A model generated the notes under the pieces. That model saw only the letters and a program-made list of their open reading frames with translations. It was not told where the DNA came from and searched no databases. A program made the position numbers and the translations under genes. A stretch of 62,449 bases of DNA, the filler included, from Choristocarpus tenellus KU-1152 (lineage: Eukaryota > Protista > Phaeophyceae), in NCBI GenBank assembly GCA_964200185.2. It is 12 parts of 12 records of this genome, joined end to end, with 100 filler letters (N's around TTAATTAATTAA, not from the genome) between each part and the next. Parts side by side here need not be neighbours in the genome. Positions count along the whole stretch, not along the records: positions 35,091 to 43,296 come from CAXNAD020005000.1; positions 43,397 to 48,894 come from CAXNAD020010605.1; positions 48,995 to 52,511 come from CAXNAD020019502.1; 9 more parts are not named here. One strand, written 5' to 3'. Positions 37,851 to 49,244 of this stretch are shown piece after piece. Every line of letters begins with the position of its first letter. Within the stretch, counting starts at the first letter, position 1.

Positions 37851-39278
37851 AATCACTGGAGTGTCAGTTCCAGTATTATTGACAGTTATGTTCAAAATAG
37901 GATAATCATAAAGGCACAAACTCAGTGATTTTTACATGAGATGAAAAACGCAGGAAGCAAGGGGAGGCTGAGTAGTGTGTTTAGTAGTTGATGTGTGCCA
38001 ACAATATGATAAAGTGGAACAGCGCAATCTGGCTCGAGCAAAATCTTCCGTTGCCTCCAGAAGGGGCCTTGAGGATCAGATCTCAGCAAATTCTACAGGT
38101 CAAAGAAAACGAGAGGTACCCAGAGTTGCACTTTAAGGATGGTGGCAATTGTGTGCAAATTTGACTTTTTTTACATGTGTGTGTAGGATACTTTCTGAAT
38201 TGTATCGAAAAAGCTCCAAACAATAGAGAAATAATGCTCTCAAATCAAGCTTTAAACTTCATAGAAATATGAATGAATTGCAAAAGATTGTAAAGAAACA
38301 ATGAAAAACGGTTGAAATCTGAGTACTTCTCGTTTACATTGACTCGAAAGGGATACATGTCCTACTTGGGGCAATTGGTGGTTGACCAACATTGAATTTT
38401 TTCAGCTGTGTCTTAGGTTTTATGGTTCCTTCAATGCTCCCCTTTTCTCGGCAACCAGTCCCTAGATCTCATACTGCATACATCCCTTCCTCCCCCTTAA
38501 CTCTGCGAAAACAGAATCAGCACGGCATCCCTAAATTATCTCAATCCTCATCCCTCTCCTCCTGTGATTCTATGTTATCTTGTACGGGTTCAAGGGAGGA
38601 TTGTAGATATTTCTGGCAGGATGATGCTGGGATGACTGATATAAAAGTCCATCAATCAACTACTACTACTGTTCGCGGTTTTTGCGGAGTACAGTTGTGT
38701 CACGTGAGTGAAAGGTTCAACCCATATTTGAAATTTGGTAACAAGGGAATAGGATAAACCTTGTTCTCCAGAACTCATGGACAAGTCTTCGTGAGAACGG
38801 TGCTTCATGATGGAAGTAGACAGCCCCAAGGAATGTGGTTGGGGTAGGGTGGGTGGTCAGTATACTCATCTCATCCGTTGCTGAGTCATCCTCGCAAGGG
38901 TCATGGCAGTGAGGCTGACCTTCATACTGACCCGAAGTAAACGAAAGGCACCCAGTTTATTCCCATTTTGCATTATAATAAGCCATTTTTCAAATCTTTT
39001 GCGTACCACCCATATTTCTATGGATGAAGGATTGACCTTGAGAGGATTTCTCTATTGATTGTTTGAAAATTTTGGTCACAGTTCGGAAAACGTCCTATAC
39101 GCAATAATAAAAATGGCAATTTTTCCACATATTTGCTGGCATCGTTAAAATGCAACTTTGTAGTGTGCTTGTTGCGTACGATTGACAGGACACGTGGGCT
39201 CTGTGCGCTTCGTAAAGAATATCGCGCGGATAGACAGACGAGGACTACTTCTCCATTCACGTTCCCATCCTTACCAAA

Positions 39279-39397
39279 ATGGGTCAGGCTGGCTCGCGTA
39301 GACATGGAACGGGCGAGAGTTCTGGAGAGTGTCCAATCTGTTTATCCCCCATAGATATCCCTGTCCAAACAAACTGTGGGCATTGGTTCTGTGGACG
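39279..39397 (+). CDS. RNF170: RNF170-like RING E3 ligase exon 1 (MGQAGSRRHG...CPICLSPIDIPVQTNCGHWFCG)
   Basis: C3HC4 RING first half CPIC...TNCGHWFC; GTGAG donor, phase 2; absent from the supplied ORF track. Confidence 0.85.
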
Positions 39398-39896
39398 GTG
39401 AGACCCACGTGCTTGTAAATTTGTTGAGGTTTAGGATCGTGAGAAGATGTTGAGAATCCAGATTGGATGGATTAGAATCCACATAAAAATGTCTTGCTGT
39501 CCTCTCTCCACCTCGGACCATATTTCGTACTGCTAAAAAGGATGGTTCTTTGCCTTGTTGTAAGGTTGAGTGTAACCGGGACAAGCCTAAATTGTTGAGG
39601 GGGGCTTCACACCAAACTTTTTCTCGCTGGAGATGATCCACATGGTCGTACATGCATTTATCGATAATGTATCCCCTGCTATGTATGGATACCCTTCCAA
39701 GGTTCTCTATTTGCTTCTGTAGCATACCTTTCTTGTGGTTGCTATGATCTCGCGATGAAATAAGACATCGTAGGGAATGTATGGTATACAAGGATTCAAA
39801 AGAAGCTTGCATTTCACCACAGCAGTATAGTTACAATCTCCGCTACCTATCTTTGTTCTGATGACCCGCCACCCCGCCCTCTTCTTATCCCGCCAG

Positions 39897-39963
39897 CTGC
39901 ATGCTCAACTACTACGACGGACTAGGCAGGACTCAAGTGATGTGCCCGATCTGTAGGCAGGAG
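39897..39963 (+). CDS. RNF170: RNF170-like exon 2 (CMLNYYDGLGRTQVMCPICRQE)
   Basis: Completes the RING (C..CPICR); CAG/GT bounded, phase 2-0. Confidence 0.88.
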
Positions 39964-40842
39964 GTTGGTACCAACATTGCCATCCCCAACAATTATTCTA
40001 GTTTTTGCTTGTGGTCATGGGCTAGTGATTATGAAATTATTTATTTTATGGTTAAAAGTGTGGTACATGCGTGTTGGATCAAGTACTTGCACATGACAGC
40101 ATAAATGATACGTAGTACTTACAGGCTGTAAAACAAACACTGGAGCATCATGGATGCACCCTTTTGTTGGGTATAGGGTTTGTCATTGTTGAAGCTAGGC
40201 TTCATCAAAAGCAAGGTGAAATCACTTCAATTGGATGCTGAAAATAGGTATGGTGGGGTGAATGGCAGTGTTGGTACCATCTTCCTGTTCAGTGCATGAA
40301 GTAAAAGTCCCTTTTCCTTTAAGGAGTGCCAAAATGTCACATAGACCTACATGCAGCAATTTCTGTTATTACCACTTGAGTATTTGAGATGAATAGGTTT
40401 GTGGTTGCCAGACTTGAAAGAGAGGAGGCTGTATGTGTGCCTACTTCAAATGATAGTCCTGTTGGTCAAGTTCCATACATTTATCACAAAGTGCCACATT
40501 ATATCCTCTACCTCAACTGCTGATACTAAGTATACTCTATCCATGTGTGTTACAATCTTGAATATGAGAGGATCTGGAGGCGACAAACCACCTGCTTGCA
40601 GGACTTGTCAATGCAGCTGACCTGAAGGAGACGAACGACTGTAGCACCAGCTGCCTCTTTTTTCAGCAGTCTAATTTACCTATGAGGGGTGGATAACAGA
40701 AATCTACACCATCAACGATACTGGTGCTGGTCTCCAGTGTATTGTTGTAGCAATGGAGGGTGTGGTCATTGGTTTGGCTTGTGTGTTTTTGTTGAGAAGT
40801 AACATACTGTGCTGTACCTTCCTTTGTTATCTGTGTCAATAG

Positions 40843-41205
40843 GTTACTATGCTTCACGGTGCTGGGGCTGGAGGAGACCACCATGGTGCAGGTGCAGGAG
40901 GTGGGGCAGGGGGCAGTGCGGGGAACAGTCCAGGTGCAGGAGCTCAAGTTGGAGCTGAGCCTCTTGCAGAGGAAGAGGCGAGGAGGAGGGTCATTGAGGA
41001 AGGTGTTATGAGATTTAATTCTCGACATTCTGAGGGTGGCCATAGCTTCTGGCAGATGGTGGAGGACGCTCCATTGTTGCTACGACGCCTGTTGGGGGAG
41101 CTGAGGGCGGGTAACGGACGGATATTTGTTGTCATGCTCCGTCAGGGTGTTCTAGGATACCGCATCCTTCAACTCATGGCAGTTGTGCTCTATGTGATCA
41201 GCCCG
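40843..41205 (+). CDS. RNF170: RNF170-like exon 3 (Gly-rich insert, RFNSRHS, D-P-LLRRL, TM helix ending YVISP)
   Basis: 363 bp, phase 0-0; motifs typical of RNF170. Confidence 0.88.
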
Positions 41206-41698
41206 GTGTGTGTGTATATATATGGTTGTGTTTGTTATGCATACAGGATGGCTGGTGTGACTGCCAATTTGAAGCTTATTTGCAGAGAGTGATGACAGGC
41301 TCCCGAGCTGTTGTCACACAGGGGATTTTTGAGTTGCTAGTGTTGAGCGCTGTGCATATGGTTCTGGTTCCGAGATTTTCCCCCCAAGTAGATAGTGTTT
41401 GTCAGTACCAATGGCAGCCTTTGTCAAGATACAAAATACACACTATACCACCTGGCACAGTAATATCTCAATGTCTATACACGCTTTGGTATCTCTGATA
41501 GTTACTTGGAAGTGCTGCACCTAATCCAGCTCAAGTTTTGTGAGATAAATTCATGGTCATTCTTTACTCTGTTTTGGTGCATCCTGAGGTGATATTGTAG
41601 GATTGGGTGAGTAAGCTGGGAGCTGAGCTCTTTCCTCTTGTTTTGATGAATTGCAGAGTCAGGGCTGTCTCTCCTGGAGCTTTTGTGTAGAAATATAC

Positions 41699-41699
<1 letters not shown>

Positions 41700-41741
<42 letters not shown>

Positions 41742-41755
41742 TGTTTGTGTGTGTG
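41700..41755. repeat. (TG)n microsatellite in an RNF170-like intron
   Basis: Seen directly. Confidence 0.95.
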
Positions 41756-41946
41756 CTTACACTGATTTCCCCCCCACGCAATTGATTTCTTCCAAGTATG
41801 TTTACACATGTTCTTAGCTGTCTTGTGATCTTTTCCCACTTCCCCTCTCCCCCAGAAATATATGGCTGTTTGTTTTGAGGTACCCACACGGGCTCTGAAT
41901 CACAAGTCCCTACCACTGCTAACACCATCACAATAATTGAAAACAG

Positions 41947-42102
41947 GTGGATGTTATCCCTGAGGCTGTTGTGGGAGTCCTTGGTCTGATGGATGACCTT
42001 CTGGTCCTTCTAGTATTGCTGTTGTATGTAACAGTTGTGTACAGGGCAGTTCTTGTCTCCCTAGATCGTACACGTTTGGACCGCTTTGGGGGGGAGAGTT
42101 GA
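41947..42102 (+). CDS. RNF170: RNF170-like exon 4 (VDVIPEAVVGVLGLMDDLLVLL...*), DUF1232
   Basis: SP-D-IPE---G-LG--DD DUF1232 signature across the exon 3/4 junction; TGA at 42100-42102. Confidence 0.88.
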   Translation: MDVIPEAVVGVLGLMDDLLVLLVLLLYVTVVYRAVLVSLDRTRLDRFGGES

Positions 42103-42599
42103 ACCGTGGGGGGGACTGAGTTGATTCAGGGTCTTGGCAGTGGACATGCCTTGTTTCTATAGTTTCTGTTTAAGCCACTCCCTCGCCATAAGCATCTATC
42201 ATTTTACTGCTGACCCCATCTGGAAACATACTATGTGGTCAAGTCTGTTCGGATCTGTCTGTGGATGGCGATGTGGTGCTGAGGAGGGGGCATTGGATTA
42301 CCCTGCAAGATGAAAGCACAGGATGACTGCAAAATATGGATGCGTTGTAAGAGGTCCCTCCTGTGGGGTTTGGAGCACCCCCCTCTCACTATAGATTCAA
42401 TTTTCTAATCTGAGCACCTTCTAAAAGAGCTGGTGACTCGTCTCCTCTAAGCTTCTTCTTGCTATCGCTCATCGAAGTTCATTTACTTTTCAAAGCTATT
42501 GTTGTGGATTGTAGGGATTCAATTGGTGATGTAGCTACATATTTAAAAGATTATATTATATTTCTTTTTCTCTGTTTCGGACTTTGGACAACTCCTTAT

Positions 42600-43120
42600 G
42601 TCCTTACAAGAATTCCATGTTGATGCGCATGTGTTGACGAGTGGCAGATAAGGGGCCCAAACTTGAAAATTCTCACATTCTTGCCAGTCTGCTGCACACG
42701 CAGACCAGAAACGCGTGCGCTCAGCATGTGGAAATATTTTTGACACCAAGGCGAAATGATGTGAGAGTCCTTGTGTTCCTGTGTGACACCTGATGAAGAT
42801 GGATGCATGACAGTTTGTGAAGGATGCAAAAAGACGAGCCTATGATGTGAGGTGAAGGTTACAGTCACAGCGGTAGTTTGAAAAGCCACAAAACAGCTAA
42901 GCTATGTGTCCTCTTTACAATTTTTCAGCCAACTTCACTTTAGCTTCTTGAGGAAAATATTGGGTTGAGTGTCAAATATTTGGCAAGGCAGGTGTGAAGA
43001 CATAAATGGAGCACCTGAAGATACAATTGCCTCAAAGCCCTTCACCACTTGGAGGGCTTTTTGGCCTGTTGGCATGGATACACTTTGATTCTATAAATTT
43101 TTAACCATCACAGTATTTAC
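42600..43120 (-). mobile_element. PIF/Harbinger nuclease relic
   Basis: MPTG..ALQVVKGFEAI and G-TQEHKDSHII resemble HARBI1 motifs; many stops. Confidence 0.45.
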
Positions 43121-43396
43121 CTGTAAAAACATCCGCAACAAGTCCTAATCCCCATCTTAATTACCAGTGGAAGAAAGCCAGTTCACACCGAACATTTCTG
43201 ATGTTATTGTTGGTGCTTCGCCTTTCTCAGTTTGTTGGCACATAAGTTTTGCAGGGCCTGCAGACCCAAAGTATCTGGGGGGAGGGGGGGGGGTCGNNNN
43301 NNNNNNNNNNNNNNNNNNNNNNNNNNNNNNNNNNNNNNNNTTAATTAATTAANNNNNNNNNNNNNNNNNNNNNNNNNNNNNNNNNNNNNNNNNNNN

Positions 43397-43594
43397 ATTT
43401 TGATGTAATTTTGGCTATCGTTTTTGTCAAGAAGTGTCAATATCCTTGTTCCAGACACACCTTTTCATAACACACACATTTTACCTACTCCGACACATTT
43501 TGGAGTAGGAATATGTCATGAAAAAAAACATGGGAAGCTAAGCCCCAAATGGACAAGCCGGGCAAAACTCGTACCCTCTAAGATACTTTCACTC
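43397..43594. mobile_element. MITE family B, truncated at contig start
   Basis: Homology to other copies; one TIR. Confidence 0.85.
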
Positions 43595-43690
43595 AATACC
43601 ACTGGCTATGTAGTACGAAGCTCTCCGCAGCATTTCAGTGGGATAACTTAGACAAAGGCTAAGGTCTCAACCCTAACCCTTGCAATTCAG

Positions 43691-46600
43691 GTGCGGTGGC
43701 GGGGTGTAATTGCCCTCTCAACAGTCATTGGTGAGAAGAACGACACACTAAGGAGCTTGGTATTGAGGGAAAATCCCATTGGGACAGCTGCAGGCCTTCA
43801 CCTGGCTCTGGTCCTTGCTAACAAACCAGGACGAACCTGTATCGTGGACATCAAGGTTTGAGGTGTGGGGAGTCAGGTGGGGAAGTTTCTTGATCTGCAT
43901 TCCGGAGATTCTTAGGTTTCTGGTTCATACCTCACGTACTTTATCCTGCTATCAAGAAGAGAACCTCCCTGCTGCGACAGAGTGTTATACTTCAAAGTAA
44001 AACATGGGTATGATAACTTGTTTTTGGCTGTAGATTGCGTTAGGTTTGGGTATAGGTCTCTCTCTCTGTGTTTCTCAGTTACTGGTTGTAATACAGTGGC
44101 ATAAGAAAATATGAAGGGATGATGTGACTTCAAAGTGCACCTCTACGTCAGTATAGTTGTGGCACACCCATAGCACTTGGATTACTGAACACAGCATTCA
44201 CCCCATGCCCAACACTTATTGTAACATACACGAGTTGGAATTTCCTGTTCTATTGGAGTAGTTTTTAGGGGGGGAAACTGTCCATAATGCATGAAATTTT
44301 GTGTCCAACTAAAAGTATTTTCCCAACACACTCCACAAGGACTGCACATGCTTCTCAGACAAGACCGATTTCTGGGCCCAGATTGCTGCAGAGACGTTAT
44401 CTCGAAGAAAAGCTCGCTTAGAAAATATTAGGAGGAAGAACGTTGCAATGTAAGTCAAGTTGTTGCCCAACCGTTCATGTGGTGGTTGGTTCAGATAAGC
44501 TTTGTTCCTTCAATCCTCTCCAAACTTAATCTTATGTTCTGGAGTTCATTGTAGTGCAGATATCAGAAAGGACCTCTGCTAGTGGATGGGTTGCCCTCAG
44601 TCACAGATGCAGAGGTATTTTGACACAGTTTGAGTTCTGTTTACTACTTTTTTATAGTGCTATTTCAAGTGAGAGTACACCTGGGTTGAATTAATTCCTC
44701 TGCCCTGAGTCATGCACTTGGTTTTTCAATGACGTGAAAGAGTTCCCGTGCGGCAGTGCAGACAGAGGGAATTCTTGGACCAACTGAGCGCTAATTCCTA
44801 GTCAGCAGGGTCATTCAGCACACTAATTACGCAGTCATGATCGTGAAAATTTCACATAGAGTAGGGATAATCCAACATTACAACCTGCAGCAGAGCCTCC
44901 TAACCCAAACCCTAACCCTAGGCACTATAGACAATGAGAAAAAAAGGTTTAGAAACAAAAAATCGATCGGTAGAGTGAAGTTAGATGAAGCATGAGTAAA
45001 AGTATCTTAGAGGGTACGAGTTTTGCCCTGTTTGTCCATTTGGGGCTTGTCTCCCCATGGTTTTTTATGATATTTTCCTACTCCGAAGTGTTTTGGAGTA
45101 GGTAAAATGTGTATGTTATGAAAAGGTGTGTCCGAAGCAAGGATATTGACACTTCCTAACAAAACAATTAGCCAATTTTTCATCAAAATCGCAACAGTGG
45201 ATTTTGGCCTCCAAGTGGACATGGTCCCACCCTCTAAGATACTTTGGCTCCATTGGTTTGCACAAGGGAGACAAGGTGCCCAGGAGGTGGGAGGATTTTG
45301 AACATGTCGTTTTAAAGGGGCTAATGCTAATATATGCGATGCCTGGCACCCCGTGTTCAAGGCCAAAATTCAGATGACCCTCATGAGGAGCATTACAGAT
45401 GTAGAAGAAAAGACCCTGTGGATGGATGTTTAGCCATTGGATTGGGGGATAAGTTTAGTGAGTTAAACTATCTTAGAGGGTACGAATTTTTTCCATGTTT
45501 GTCCATTTGTGGGGCTTGACTTCCCATGTTTGTTTGTTTTTATGACACTTTTCGACTCCAAAATATTTCGGAGTAGGTAAAATGTGTATGTTATGAAAAG
45601 GTGTGTCTGAAACAAAGATATTGACACTTCCTAACAAACACAATAGCCAAAATTACATCAAAANNNNNNNNNNGAATTTTGACCCCCAAATGGACGCGGC
45701 TCTACCCTCTAAGATACTTTGGCTCAGTGGGACACTGAAGACGAAAATCAGAAATCAGTCATGGAGGCCCCCTTGAGCAACAACAGCAACTCCCATCTAG
45801 GATACTTTGAACATGGCCTTGATAAGACCCAAAGTATCTGGGGAGGGGTGCGGTCTACACCAGGGTGTCCATTTGGGGCAAACCAGGAAAAGTGCACCTA
45901 CGTTTTCCATCCGTCTTATGCAACCAAATCACACAAAAATCGCGACATGAAAAAATTGACCCCAGACAGCCGCCACCCCCCCCCCCCCAGATACTTTGAG
46001 CCTAAAACCCTAACCCTAACCCAAATTTCCTAACACTTTCAGACGGAGAAGGAACAAGGAACGTCTCAAGGCCAAGACTTCCAAGAAGAAACCAGAGTCT
46101 CAAGGGGTAAGAGGTAGCTTAGCATTTCTTGCTGCACATTCCATTCTCCTCAAGTATTCTGGTCTGGGGCCATGGAGGGATGATAAGTTTAATCCATTCC
46201 CTTTTCACTATACTACATTGGGTATTATGCTGTATCATGGTCTTGAAAAGGAGTTGATTGACCGGATACTTCCATACTACTACTCAGTACATACCTCTAG
46301 AAGTCGTTTGGCTGTGCATGCCCAAGATGGAAGCACAGGGTTATTGGGATGTGAAAAACAACCTTACACTAATGGAAAGGCCTCTGTACTATGACGAGTC
46401 AATGGTATGCATTTTCGCTACGATTTTCCCTTACTGCCTGACTGATCTTATATTCTTGCACCGATCTCTGTGTTCATCCTCTTTGAAATATTGTTATTTT
46501 ATTACCATTATTGTTATTATTATTATTATTGTTGTTAATGTTGTTGTTAATATCATTACTTATTATTGTTACTAAAAATATAATGACTATTATTATTATT

Positions 46601-48060
46601 ATTGTTATTATTGTTATTATTGTTGTTGTTAATGTTGTTGTTAATATCATTACTTATTATTATTACTAAAAATATAATGACTATTACTATTATTGTTATT
46701 ATTATTGTTGTTGTTAATGTTGTTGTTAATATCATTACTTATTAATATTACTAATAATCTAATGACTATTACTATTATTGTTATTATTGTTATTATTATT
46801 GTTGTTAATGTTGTTGCTAATAGTATTACTTATTATTATTACTAAAAATATAATGACTATTACTATTATTGTTATTATCATTGTTGTTGTTAATGTTGTT
46901 GTTAATATCATTACTTATTATTATTACAAAAAAATCTAATGACTATTACTATTACTGTTATTATTATTGTTGTTGTTAATGTTGTTGTTAATATCATTAC
47001 TTATTATTATCACTAATAATATAATGACTATTACTATTACTGTTATTATTATTATTGTTGTTGTTAATGTTGTTGTTAATATCATTACTTATTATTATCA
47101 CAAAAAATATAATGACTATTACTATTGTTGTTGTTACAGCAGAAGAGGGGCTGTCAAATACTGTCTGCAACAAATAGTCTCAGTCACTACTCAAGTCTCC
47201 CTATCTAGACGTGTCATGTGTTTTCAGCTGGAGACACCAGGGAGATGGGCAAGGAGGGGCTTGTCAGATTCTTGGGATGCTTCCATAGCTCCTCACCCTG
47301 GGGTGCAGGACTAAGCGAGGTTGGAGACACAGGAAGGCAGTGGTGCAGCATAGCTGGTGGTAAAATAGCAAATAGATTGATGTCTTGCACGTTTTACAAC
47401 AACTATTACTTTTTAGGGCTTTTTCTGACTTTTGAATAGTTTTCATTGGTTTTTCCCCTGACATATCTGCAAAATGTCAGAGGGCATAATAATTAAATGT
47501 TCTTTCTCTTCTTCACATAATAAAAATATTTGTTGTTGCTGTTGTTGTTTTTCTTCATATGATAATAATAATAATAATTGTTGCTTTTGTATATTTATCA
47601 CGTCCTCTGACACTTTCCAGATGTGCCAGAGAATAAAACTAATGAAAACTGTTACTATTATTGTTTATTGTGACATTAGTATTGTTGTTTTTGTTGTTAG
47701 TATTATACAAAACGGTCACAGTTGACTGGTTGGATTTCTCCTTTTCACTACAACACTTGTTTGTTGCCCTTTCATTTGTTACGGAAAGAATCAAGGTTGG
47801 GAGACGATGACGTCAAACGGAAAAGCACAGAAACTAAAAACTACAAAATCCCAGGCAATCAGTCCGGCCCCAGCTCCTCGGAAAGTGGAACTGGACGATC
47901 ACCTGACATGGTTGGACCTGCACAAAGATAACAACTGGGAATTAGACCTTGATCAACCTTTTGATCGTGCTGTTGGATTACAGGTAAACACTTGTTTCAT
48001 TTGACTTCATCTAGAAAATGTTTATATACATGTTTGTGGCTCAAAGTATCTGGGGGGGGT

Positions 48061-48098
<38 letters not shown>

Positions 48099-48735
48099 GG
48101 GGTGGCGGCTGTCGATTTGGGGCCAATTTTTCCATATCGCTATTTTTGTGTGATTTGGTCGCATACGTCGGATGGATAATGCATGTGCATTTTTCCTGGT
48201 TTTGGTTCAAATGGACACCCTGGTGTAAACCTCCCCTCCCCCCCTCCCAGATACTTTGGGTCTGTTGCAATACATTTGTATTTTGACTGTGCTTACGATA
48301 TTTTTAAGAAGTTGGAACCACTGTGACTGCGTGTCACACACTTGAGGTGTTGAGGAGCATCAGGTCTCTGTAACAAGCTTAAGGCTGTGTTTACTTCCCA
48401 GAAAGCATTCCAGTCTGCATTTTATCTGGGCAACGAGAACCAGAGCTGGTTTTACACAAGGCAATGAAGACCATTATTACCTTCTCTGAAAAACTTCTCT
48501 AAAACAATTTACAGCATTACCTAAAGGTAATCACAAGTTACAACATCGATCCGGTATATGGTTGCTTTTGTCGAACCAGGCACTTCTTGCCTTCAACTTC
48601 TCCTCAGGTGGAGGACTGAAGGGGTTGCTGAAGCTGCGTGGTAAGACGCCTGCCCTGGTGAATTTTGCTCGACGCGAGGGGTTGGTTCCATATGAGAGTG
48701 AAGTCAACAAGAAAGGAGTCTTGGTTTTCGCAAAG
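43691..48735 (+). CDS. Partial multi-exon leucine-rich-repeat (RI/NLRC3-like) protein; likely exons 43691-43855, ~44359-44449, 46043-46106, 46288-46404, ~47228-47319, ~47850-47983, 48580-48735
   Basis: NDTLRSLVLRENPIG LRR motif; LDLDQPFDRAV motif recalled from protist LRR proteins; AG/GT-bounded open exons with compatible phases at 44449/46043, 46106/46288 and 47983/48580; other junctions unresolved. Confidence 0.6.
44994..45250. mobile_element. MITE family B (intronic)
   Basis: TIRs; flanks CAT/CAT. Confidence 0.88.
45460..45725. mobile_element. MITE family B (intronic; contains a 10-N gap)
   Basis: TIRs; flanks AGT/AGT. Confidence 0.85.
45826..46002. mobile_element. MITE family C
   Basis: TIRs; flanks TAA/TAA. 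Confidence 0.85.
46490..47135. repeat. AT-rich minisatellite, ~7.5 units of ~85-95 bp built from (TTA)/(TTG) triplets
   Basis: Recurring anchors TAATGACTATTAC and GTTAATATCATTACTTA. Confidence 0.9.
48038..48262. mobile_element. MITE family C with expanded poly-G
   Basis: TIRs; flanks TGT/TGT. Confidence 0.85.
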
Positions 48736-49244
48736 GTGAGAGCTCACAACTGATGCAGAAGGAAGCAGCTACATGTTAGAAGCCAACACCCCTCACAAGT
48801 CCGCTCACAAGTTCAAGTCACTTCGAAACATATTGAGCGCAATGGAGGAAGGTGGCTCAAAGTATCTGGGAGGGGGTGGCGACTGTCCATTTGGNNNNNN
48901 NNNNNNNNNNNNNNNNNNNNNNNNNNNNNNNNNNNNNNTTAATTAATTAANNNNNNNNNNNNNNNNNNNNNNNNNNNNNNNNNNNNNNNNNNNNAGTACA
49001 TCCGGATTATGTATGGGATTATGTATTGGTATTTTTTCCGCATTCAGCTACTTTGACATAAACGTTGACTCAGATAGGAAGCACAAATAAGTAATAAACA
49101 AGCAATGAGAAGACACCACACAGAGGTCACTCTTCCAATTTCAACCATGTAATCACGTTCAGCAAAGGGGGTCGTGTGAGGCTTCACACCTTCTTATCTT
49201 CACTACTAACAAATAGCATTACCTCCCAAGGTCATTGGCAGAGT

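Noticed and set aside
46258-47314. Hydrophobic TM-like ORFs (IIIIVVVNVVV)
   Set aside because: Translation of the TTA/TTG minisatellite
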